From positions 6,768 to 70,767 of the forward strand of contig OZ219934.1 of the NCBI GenBank assembly GCA_964291465.2: a stretch of 64,000 nucleotides of DNA, written 5' to 3'. Under the pieces are notes generated by a model. That model had not been told where the DNA came from. It saw nothing but the letters and a program-made list of their open reading frames with translations, and did not search any database. This DNA is from Dehalococcoidia bacterium (GTDB lineage Bacteria > Chloroflexota > Dehalococcoidia > Lucifugimonadales > JAGWBF01). The position numbers and the translations under genes were made by a program. Shown here in pieces: positions 16,684 through 24,119 of this stretch. Each line of letters opens with the position of its first letter. Positions within the stretch are counted from its first letter, which is position 1.

Positions 16684-16932
16684 ATGACAGAGGAAACGAA
16701 AGAACCTAGGCACGTCAACGTCGACGCCGCTCCCATTGGTTGGGGGATACGAGTGTCCGTAGGGAACATTGAGGTCATCCCGGCGGACGCCGTGAGGGTC
16801 GAAGCTTCGTCAACGCCCAGGTACTTGCGTCTACGCACGAGTGACTTTCAATGCTATAGTCACGTCAGCCTCCGAGTGAATGGGGAATGGTACGACATCA
16901 CCGTAGACCAGTTGCCAGACGAGACTACGTAA
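16684..16932 (+). CDS. Hypothetical protein
   Basis: 82-aa ORF ending 63 nt upstream of the STAND gene. Weak SD, no recognisable motif. Confidence 0.3.
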   Translation: MTEETKEPRHVNVDAAPIGWGIRVSVGNIEVIPADAVRVEASSTPRYLRLRTSDFQCYSHVSLRVNGEWYDITVDQLPDETT

Positions 16933-16982
16933 CCGGCCTTGAACCGAAAACCCTAAACAAGTGGGAGCCTGGGGCGGCGTAG

Positions 16983-16988
16983 TATAAT
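16983..16988 (+). promoter_or_regulatory. Consensus -10 box TATAAT placed for a leaderless STAND transcript
   Basis: TATAAT ends 7 nt before ATG 16996. There is no SD in the 7-nt gap and no good -35. Confidence 0.35.
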
Positions 16989-16995
16989 ACGGGCC

Positions 16996-19467
16996 ATGGC
17001 CTCCGAACCCATGCAGGAATCCCACGCGTCCCACGACCTTCCGCCCCCGGGGCCCCTGGGCCTCGTCGGCCGGGAGGGCGAGATGGCCCGCCTCCGGGAG
17101 GCCTTCCGTGAAGCGTCCACCGTGGTCATGGCGGGGCCCGCCGGCGTGGGGAAGACCGAGCTCGCCTGCGGGTTCGCCAGGGAGGTCGCCGAGGACGGCG
17201 GAGACTCCGGCGAGGTCCTTCTCGTGACCTTCGAGTACGGCCAGGGCCTGTCCAGGGTCCTCCACGAGGTGGGCGCCACGCTGCGCGGCATCGAGTTCGC
17301 CCACCTCTCCGCCGAAGAGCAGCGCCGGTGGGTCGTCGAGTACGTCCGGGGCAACCCGTGCCTGCTGGTGTGGGACGCCCTGGACAACGTCTTCGACTAC
17401 ATGGCCGAGGACGACCGCAGGGAGCTGCTGGAGCTTCTCCGGGACCTCTCCGGGGGAGCCGGAAGGGTCCTCGTCACCGCCAGGTCCGCCGACTGGGCCA
17501 CGGCCCTGGAGTCCCCGTCCGTGCTGCACCTTTCGGGCCTCTCCCCCGAGGACTCCCCAGGGCTGTCCCGCCTGGTCCTGGAGCAGGCCAAGGTGGAGGC
17601 CAAGGACGACGAAGAACACGTACGGCTGGTGACGGCGCTGGAGGGCGTGCCCCAGGCCATGCGGCTGGTGCTGCCCCACCTGAAGGAACACAGGCCGGCG
17701 GCCCTGCGCCGGGAGTACGTGGACGCCCTGGAGGGCCTTCCCGAAGCGACCAGGCACCTGGAGGCGGCGCTGCGCTGCTCCTTCTCCAGGCTGTCGGCCC
17801 GCACGAAGAAGCACCTACCCTTCCTGGCCCTCTTTCGCCAGCGGGTCCTGCTGGACGTGGTCACCCACATTACCCAGGGCCCCGAGTACGCGTCCATCAT
17901 GGGCGAGGAGATGGGCTGGGGCGCCTGCCGGACCTTCCTTCGCGAGGCCAGGAACAACGCCATCCTGGACTCGATCTCCCCCAGCGTGTACCTCATGTCC
18001 AACGACGTGGCCGCGTTCCTGCGCGGCCGGCTGGAGTCCCGCATCACCAGGTCCCAGATGGAGGGTCTGGACCAGGTGTTCCTGCGGGTATACGCCGACA
18101 TGGGCGACTACTTCCTGCAGAGCCTTGCCACGGAGGAGGCGGAATCGACTGTAACGGCGGTGCTGGCCGAGGAGCCCAACCTGCTGCGCGCCCTGGACCT
18201 GGCCCGTTCCGCGGGGGACTGGGACGCGGCCCAGCTCGTCTTCCAGCCCGTGGCCCTGGTCTACAAAATGCAGGAACGGCTGCTGGAGCTGCGAAAGCTC
18301 CGTCAAGGACTGATGAGCGAGATCGGACTGGACCCCTCCGAGGCCGAGAGCAAGGGGGCCGAGAGCCTCTGGCTGTACCTCCAGGGCACGGAGACCACCG
18401 ACGCCATCGCCCGGGACGAGCTGGACGCGGCGGAAGAGATGGCCACCCGCGTGCTCGCCTACCTGGAATCCAAGGGCGACCCCGGCTACCAGGCCCAGAT
18501 CGCGTCGGTGCAGCACGACCTGGGCCTCGTCGAGCAGGGCAAGGGCCGGCTGGATGAAGCCGAGGAGTGGTATCGAAAGGCCCTGGAGACCAACGAGGCC
18601 GGCGGGAACGAGGCCGAGAGCGCAGACTGTTACCACCAGCTCGGACTCATCGCCCAGGCCCGCCGGCGGTTCGAGGAGGCCGGCGGGTGGCACGGCAGGG
18701 CGCTGGAGATAAGGGAGGCGCTGGAGGACGCGGCCGAGATCGCCGACGAATGCCATCAGCTGGGGCTGGTCGCCGAGGCCCGTCTCTCCCTCGAGGAGGC
18801 CGAGGAGTGGCACCAGAGGTCCCGGGTCTCCCACGAGAACGCCGGCGACAAGCACGGTGAAGCCCGCGCCTGCCACCGCTTGGGAATCGTCGCCCAGGCG
18901 GGGTTCGACTACGAGGAGGCCTCTTCCTGGTACCAGAGAGCCCTGCTCATCTACGAAGAGCTGGGAGACGAGTCCCTGGGCGTCGAGGACTACTTCCAGA
19001 TGGGTGTGCTGGCCGTCAACAGGTACGACTACGAGGAAGCCGAGGCGTGGCTTCGCCAGGCCCTCGGCATCTTCCAACAGCGTGGGAATGAGCGGGCGGC
19101 TGCCTCGGCCTACCACCACCTGGGAGTGGCGGCCCACGGAAGGCGCCGGGCGCGGGAGGCCGAGGAGCACTACCAGAAGGCGCTGGAGATAATGGTGCCC
19201 AACGAAGCCTTCGTCGACGCCGCAGTCACCTGGGGGCAGCTAGGAATACTCTCGGAGCAGGTGGGCAACCTGCCCAACGCCGTCTGGTACGTGGCCCACA
19301 CCTACGAGATCGCCGCGTCCAACGACCTCCCCATAGTGGCCAATGCCAAGGCCCACCTGGCAAGGCTCAGGTCCAGCATGGGAGACGAGGCGTTCCTGGA
19401 GCAGTGGGACCAGGTGTCGGACACGGACATCGTGGCCGAGCTGGAGAGGGACCCCGGCCCGGCCTAG
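16996..19467 (+). CDS. STAND (NB-ARC-type) P-loop NTPase fused to a tetratricopeptide-repeat array
   Basis: Walker A GPAGVGKT (aa 47-54), Walker B-like LLVWDALD (aa 123-130), a helical middle region, then about 8 TPR-like units from about aa 480 (e.g. ADCYHQLGLIAQARRRFEEAGGWHGRALEI, ARACHRLGIVAQAGFDYEEASSWYQRALLI). No N-terminal effector or DNA-binding domain. Confidence 0.85.
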   Translation: MASEPMQESHASHDLPPPGPLGLVGREGEMARLREAFREASTVVMAGPAGVGKTELACGFAREVAEDGGDSGEVLLVTFEYGQGLSRVLHEVGATLRGIEFAHLSAEEQRRWVVEYVRGNPCLLVWDALDNVFDYMAEDDRRELLELLRDLSGGAGRVLVTARSADWATALESPSVLHLSGLSPEDSPGLSRLVLEQAKVEAKDDEEHVRLVTALEGVPQAMRLVLPHLKEHRPAALRREYVDALEGLPEATRHLEAALRCSFSRLSARTKKHLPFLALFRQRVLLDVVTHITQGPEYASIMGEEMGWGACRTFLREARNNAILDSISPSVYLMSNDVAAFLRGRLESRITRSQMEGLDQVFLRVYADMGDYFLQSLATEEAESTVTAVLAEEPNLLRALDLARSAGDWDAAQLVFQPVALVYKMQERLLELRKLRQGLMSEIGLDPSEAESKGAESLWLYLQGTETTDAIARDELDAAEEMATRVLAYLESKGDPGYQAQIASVQHDLGLVEQGKGRLDEAEEWYRKALETNEAGGNEAESADCYHQLGLIAQARRRFEEAGGWHGRALEIREALEDAAEIADECHQLGLVAEARLSLEEAEEWHQRSRVSHENAGDKHGEARACHRLGIVAQAGFDYEEASSWYQRALLIYEELGDESLGVEDYFQMGVLAVNRYDYEEAEAWLRQALGIFQQRGNERAAASAYHHLGVAAHGRRRAREAEEHYQKALEIMVPNEAFVDAAVTWGQLGILSEQVGNLPNAVWYVAHTYEIAASNDLPIVANAKAHLARLRSSMGDEAFLEQWDQVSDTDIVAELERDPGPA

Positions 19468-20678
19468 CCGGCCGTGTACCTCCCGGCCTCCTCGGAGCCG
19501 CCGGTGGAGTCCCCCTCGCTGTAGGAGTGCGCCCCGGTGCCGGCCAGGCCGCCCCCCTGCACTATCAGGTACTCGTCCCTGATGGGCCGTCCGTCCAGCC
19601 AGCACTCCAGAATCTCGCGGACTCCCGCCGCGTACCGGGCCTGGGCCGACAGGGAGGTGCCCGAGGTGTGGGGAGTCATGGCGTGGTTGGGCATGGTCCT
19701 CCAGGGGTGGTCATTGGGGGCCGGCTGGGGGAACCAGACGTCGCCCGCGTACCCGGCCAGGTGGCCGCTCTCCAGGGCCTTGACTATGGCGTCGCGGTTG
19801 CAGATCTTGCCCCGGGCCGTGTTGACGATGTAGGAGCCCCGCTTCATCTTGCTTATCAGGGCCTCGTCGAACATGTCCTCGGTCTCCGGGTGCAGCGGGC
19901 AATGGATGCTGACCACGTCGCACACACTGACCAGGGACTCGACGTTCTCGTGGAAGGTCAGGCCCAGCTCCTTCTCCACGTCCAGGGAGAGCCGGTGCCT
20001 GTCGGTGTAGTGCAGCTTGACGTCGAAGGGCTTCATCCGTTTCAGGACCGCCAGGCCGATCCTTCCCGACGCCACCACCCCCACGTCCATCCCCTCGATG
20101 TCGTAGGACCTGGAAGCGGCGTCGGCGATGTTCCAGCCGCCCCTTACCACCCAGCCGTACTGGGGAATGTAGTCCCTGACCAGGGCCAGTATCTGCATGA
20201 CCGCGTGCTCGGCAACGCTGACGCTGTTGCACCAGGTCACCTCGCAAACGGTGATGCCCCTGTCCATGGCGGCCTGAAGGTCCACGTGGTCCGACCCTAT
20301 GCCCGCCGTTATCGCCAGCTTCAGCCGCTGGGCCTTCTCTATGCGCTCGGCGGTGAGGTACGCGGGCCAGAAGGGCTGGGAGATGACCACGTCGGCGTCG
20401 GGCAGCTCCCTCTCGAAGACCGAACCCGGCCCCTCTTTGTCCGACGTTACGATGTACCTGTGACCCCGGCCGGTCAGGAACCCCTCCAGGCCAAGCCCCC
20501 CCGACACCGAGCCCAGCAGATGGCCCGGGGTGAAGTCGATGGCGGAGGGCGAAGGCAGGGCCTGTCCGTCGGGGTACCGGGTGAGGGTGGGTATGCTGTC
20601 CCGGGCGTATTTGGGGGGGAACCCCGCGGCGGGGTCGTCGTAGAGAACGCAGAGCACTTTCTGAGACGGGGAGCTCAT
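19464..20678 (-). CDS. fdh: NAD-dependent formate dehydrogenase
   Basis: ATG 20678 follows GGAGG. KVLCVLYDDP ... PFWPAYLTAERI ... ITAGIGSDHVD ... VGVVASGRIGLAV ... IVNTARG ... GYAGDVW ... MTPHTSGT closely match Pseudomonas/yeast-type FDH. It has about 25 aa of extra Gly/Ser-rich C-terminus. Confidence 0.9.
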   Translation of the reverse strand: MSSPSQKVLCVLYDDPAAGFPPKYARDSIPTLTRYPDGQALPSPSAIDFTPGHLLGSVSGGLGLEGFLTGRGHRYIVTSDKEGPGSVFERELPDADVVISQPFWPAYLTAERIEKAQRLKLAITAGIGSDHVDLQAAMDRGITVCEVTWCNSVSVAEHAVMQILALVRDYIPQYGWVVRGGWNIADAASRSYDIEGMDVGVVASGRIGLAVLKRMKPFDVKLHYTDRHRLSLDVEKELGLTFHENVESLVSVCDVVSIHCPLHPETEDMFDEALISKMKRGSYIVNTARGKICNRDAIVKALESGHLAGYAGDVWFPQPAPNDHPWRTMPNHAMTPHTSGTSLSAQARYAAGVREILECWLDGRPIRDEYLIVQGGGLAGTGAHSYSEGDSTGGSEEAGRYTAG

Positions 20679-20818
20679 TTCCACCTCCGGTCTATTCGCG
20701 CGTTATGTCGAATCACCAAGGTGTTCGAGGCAGTTCGGCCTGGGCCTCTTCGTGCCAATGGCCGTAAGATAGCTTGTGGGGCTCCTCTTCGTCAAGCGGT
20801 GGGAATTCCGGGGTGCGG

Positions 20819-21262
20819 CTAGCGGGACCCGTCCCGATACGTGCCTACCGGGCAGGTGGGACACCAACCGTAGAAGTCGACCCGCTGGGAGGCGACGTCG
20901 AACTCCGCGTTGACGGACACCTCGCGCCTCAGGCCAGTTATGAGGTCCTCGCCTATCTCCGTGTCGGTGACGGTGCCGCAGGAGACGCAGACGAGGTTGG
21001 CGTGGGGCGTCAGGTTCGCCTCGTAGCGGGACTGCTTCTGGAAGGGCAGCTCCTGGATCAGGCCCTGCTTCTCCAGCACGGAGAGAGTGGCGTACACCGT
21101 GGCCAGGGTTATGTAGGGGAACTGGTCGCTCACCCGCTCGTGAATCTGCTGGACCGATGGATGGTCGTCGGCGTTGATGACCACCTCGGCTATGGCCAAC
21201 CGCTGGGGGGTGACGCGGACGCCCCATCTCTTCAGTGAAGTCGCGAGCTGTTCCTGGTTCAC
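20819..21262 (-). CDS. Fur family transcriptional regulator (Fur/Zur/PerR type not resolved)
   Basis: GTG start. The winged helix has RVTPQRLAIAEVV ... ATVYATLSVLEKQGLI. There are two CxxC pairs (CVSC, CPTC). Confidence 0.85.
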   Translation of the reverse strand: MNQEQLATSLKRWGVRVTPQRLAIAEVVINADDHPSVQQIHERVSDQFPYITLATVYATLSVLEKQGLIQELPFQKQSRYEANLTPHANLVCVSCGTVTDTEIGEDLITGLRREVSVNAEFDVASQRVDFYGWCPTCPVGTYRDGSR

Positions 21263-21298
21263 TCAGGGCTCCTGATATCGGCGGCGGAGGCGGACTAA

Positions 21299-21340
21299 TA
21301 TGGGGCCCATCCAGAAATGGGGCCCACGAGAATAGGGGGC
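21299..21340. promoter_or_regulatory. Phased direct repeats ATGGGGCCCA (two exact copies plus one degenerate) upstream of the Fur-family gene
   Basis: ATGGGGCCCA occurs at 21300-21309 and 21317-21326 (17-nt phase), and the degenerate ATAGGGGGCCTCA at 21332-21344. They lie 38-80 nt upstream of GTG 21262. Confidence 0.3.
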
Positions 21341-21419
21341 CTCACGGCCCTCAGGAAACTCATGATACACTTCACGCCTAAGCCGTGTCAAACTTGACGC
21401 CCTTGCCCGTGCCCCTTCC

Positions 21420-22325
21420 GTGGGCCCGGTGCGGGGACTGGGCGTGCGTCCTGGCTCGCGCAAGGGCCACCGTGTACACTGGTTGTCCCATGGGAGCACA
21501 CGGGTCGCTGGGAGGTGGACCATAGCCGCCGGCTCTCTTCTGGACCACCTGGACGCCGTCCTTTCGCTGCTGGGTGAGCGGCCCTCGGGCCTGTTTCTCG
21601 ACCTGGACGGCACCCTGGCGGAGATAGTCCCCCGCCCGGAGCAGACGGCGGTCCGGCCGGTGGTCTCCCGGACCCTGAGGGAGCTCCAAGGGCGGCTGGC
21701 TCTGGTGGCCGTGGTCACCGGCAGGCCCGCGCTGCAGGCCAGGGACATCCTGGGCGTGGAGGAGCTGGTATACGCCGGCAACCACGGCCTGGAGCTGCTG
21801 CAGGAGGGCAGGCTGGAGATTGCCCAGGAGGCGCGGGGCCACCTGGAAGCCGTCTCCCGGCTGCTGGAGCTGGTCCGGGCCACCTTCCCCGAAGGGGGCC
21901 TCGTGTTCGAGGAGAAGGCCGGCTCCTTTGCCGTACACTACCGTCTCGCCGCCCGTCCCGAGGACGTGCGCCGGCGGCTGCTGCGCTTCATAGAAGAGCA
22001 GGCCGGCGGCGGCGTGAAGCTGATCATGGGCAGGGAGGTCGTCAACGTCCTCGCACCCGTGGATCTGAACAAGGGCACCGCGTTGACCCACCTGTCCAGG
22101 AGGCACGGTCTCGCCGCGGCCCTGGTCATGGGCGACGACGTGACGGACCTGGACGCCTTCCGGGCCTCCAGGGCGTTGGAGGAGGCTGGGGAGATGCGGG
22201 GCCTCAGGGTCGCGGTGGTGGACGGGGAGTCGCCGCCCGAGGTCGCGGCGGCCGCGGACTACACCCTCTCCGGCGTGCCCCAGGTGGAGCGGGTGCTGTC
22301 CTGGCTGGAGGAGCGCACCCGCTAA
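21420..22325 (+). CDS. otsB: Trehalose-6-phosphate phosphatase
   Basis: HAD motif I is LFLDLDGTLAE. Also VTGRP, and GDDVTDLDAF as motif IV. GTG start is uncertain. Confidence 0.8.
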   Translation: MGPVRGLGVRPGSRKGHRVHWLSHGSTRVAGRWTIAAGSLLDHLDAVLSLLGERPSGLFLDLDGTLAEIVPRPEQTAVRPVVSRTLRELQGRLALVAVVTGRPALQARDILGVEELVYAGNHGLELLQEGRLEIAQEARGHLEAVSRLLELVRATFPEGGLVFEEKAGSFAVHYRLAARPEDVRRRLLRFIEEQAGGGVKLIMGREVVNVLAPVDLNKGTALTHLSRRHGLAAALVMGDDVTDLDAFRASRALEEAGEMRGLRVAVVDGESPPEVAAAADYTLSGVPQVERVLSWLEERTR

Positions 22326-23842
22326 ACGAGGGCGCCTATGTCGCCGAGCTGGGAGGTGATCCAGTAGGTGATGTCCTCCCGCTCGATGTTGGACACCAGC
22401 GCCGACGCCCTCTGCTCCCGCTCCTCGTCGGTCATGGTGATGGCCTGGTACATGGCCTGCATGGTGCCCTCTATGTCCGACGGCGCCACGGACAGGGCCC
22501 CGCCCTGGAGCTGCTTGTGGGCCCCGGTCGTCTCCGACAGGATGAGCACGCCCTTGCGGGTGTTGACCACGGGGCCTTCCTTGGCCACCAGGTTCATGCC
22601 GTCGATGACCGAGTTCACCAGCATGGCGTCGTACAGCTTCATCCCGGCGATGGCCTGGGTGTAGTTGTTCTCTATGAACGACGCCACGGGCTGCCAACCG
22701 TCGTTGCCGTACCGGAAGTTGATGTCCTGGATGGTGTTCTGGATCTCGTCCATGTATCGCTGGTACTGCCTGATATGGGTGCGCGACGGCACCAGGAAGG
22801 CCAGGAAGGTGACCTGCCCGTGCAGCTCGGGGTGCCGGGCCAGCAGGAGGGAGTAGGCCCTGAACCCCCGCACCACGTTCTTGCTGGGTTCGGCCCGGTC
22901 CACCCGGATGATGGTCTTGCCCGTGCACATGGGGAGCAGCCGCCGCTCGTATTCCAGCGCCCTGGGGGAGGAGGCGATGCGGCGGATCTCCTGGACGTTG
23001 ATGGATATGGGGTACACGCGGGCCGCCGTCTCCCGCCCCTGGTAGGTTACGACCTGGGCCCTGTGGTCCACGTCCACGTCCTCCAGGAACTCGGCGCAGG
23101 TGTCCAGGAAGTTTCGGACGTCGCTGATGGTCTGGAACCCGACGATGTCGGCGGAGCAGAGGCCCTCGCAGATCCCCCGGAGCATGTAGCTGGGCAGCAG
23201 CCTCCAGTACCTGGGCGAGGGCCACGGTATGTGGGTGAAGTGGAGGATGACCGCGCCCGGGAGCCGCTCCCTGATGAACTTGGGGGCCAGGTACAGGTGA
23301 TAGTCGTGGACCATGACGACGGGAGGGGTGGGGTCGTCCTTGGCGTCCTCGGCCACCGCCTGGGCGAATGAGCGGTTCACCGGGACGTAACCCCCCTCCC
23401 ATGAGTCGTGCACGTTGGCGTCCAGGTTGGGGTTGTAGGGCGAGTTCCACATGTAGTGCTGGAGGAACCACACCAGGGGATTGCAGAAGACGTTGTAGTA
23501 CTTGTGGTAGATGCGTCGGGGAGTGAGGACGAAGCGGAGGAGGATGCGGTGCCCGGGCAGGGGAGACGGTATGCTGCCTCCCCCCGTGTCCTGGTAGACC
23601 CGCCGGTCGCCCTCGCCTATGGCGCTGGCGATCCACGTGAACTCAACCATCTGGGCCAGGGAGCTGAGGGCGGTCACCACGCCGCCGCTGCCCCGTCTTC
23701 CTTCGACGCGGCCCGAAGCGGTAACGTGGTGCTCGACGGGCCCGCGGTTGCTGACCAGTATCAGGCGTCGTTTCGCGAGGATTCTATCGCACAGGTCCCT
23801 GAGCCTGGCCAAGCCCGCGTCCCTGGAAACTTCCGCCATCAT
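22322..23842 (-). CDS. otsA: Alpha,alpha-trehalose-phosphate synthase (GT20)
   Basis: LILVSNRGPVEH ... GGVVTAL ... VHDYHLYL ... INFRYG ... SVIDGMNLVAKE are typical of OtsA. Confidence 0.9.
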   Translation of the reverse strand: MMAEVSRDAGLARLRDLCDRILAKRRLILVSNRGPVEHHVTASGRVEGRRGSGGVVTALSSLAQMVEFTWIASAIGEGDRRVYQDTGGGSIPSPLPGHRILLRFVLTPRRIYHKYYNVFCNPLVWFLQHYMWNSPYNPNLDANVHDSWEGGYVPVNRSFAQAVAEDAKDDPTPPVVMVHDYHLYLAPKFIRERLPGAVILHFTHIPWPSPRYWRLLPSYMLRGICEGLCSADIVGFQTISDVRNFLDTCAEFLEDVDVDHRAQVVTYQGRETAARVYPISINVQEIRRIASSPRALEYERRLLPMCTGKTIIRVDRAEPSKNVVRGFRAYSLLLARHPELHGQVTFLAFLVPSRTHIRQYQRYMDEIQNTIQDINFRYGNDGWQPVASFIENNYTQAIAGMKLYDAMLVNSVIDGMNLVAKEGPVVNTRKGVLILSETTGAHKQLQGGALSVAPSDIEGTMQAMYQAITMTDEEREQRASALVSNIEREDITYWITSQLGDIGALV

Positions 23843-24064
23843 CCAATCCCACCCGGCAGGGCCCCGCCGCCTCGAGACCGTGCCAGCATATGCTCCCGTC
23901 CACCCCTGCCGGGAAGGGCATGGAGGATTCTTCTAAGACCGTCGTGGGTAATTCGAACGTAGCAAATCCCCTAGGGGTTGTCAAGCCACGCCGTGCAAAT
24001 GGGAATCCAGGGTTGGGGGTCTTGGACGCTACGCCACGGGGCCGCGCGCTCCATACTCCGCCTG

Positions 24065-24097
24065 GGTAGGTAGATTCCTCGCTCCGCTCGGAATGAC
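24065..24097. repeat. Dispersed short repeat (GGTAGATTCCTCGCTCCGCTCGGAATGAC family), copy 1
   Basis: It shares GGTAGATT.CTC...GCTCCGCTCG.AATGAC with 54668-54707. It is intergenic, between otsA and the SagB-type gene. Confidence 0.6.
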
Positions 24098-24119
24098 CCG
24101 CGGGGAGCCGTTCCCGGAC

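Larger units (their letters stand above)
14181..16995. other. AT-richer genomic islet of small orphan ORFs (possible horizontally acquired or decaying DNA)
   Basis: Hand count is about 55% GC for line 15241-15300 against about 70% for line 12241-12300. Only short ORFs are present, none recognisable, and one ORF pair is separated by an in-frame TGA. No integrase, transposase or flanking direct repeat was seen. Confidence 0.5.
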
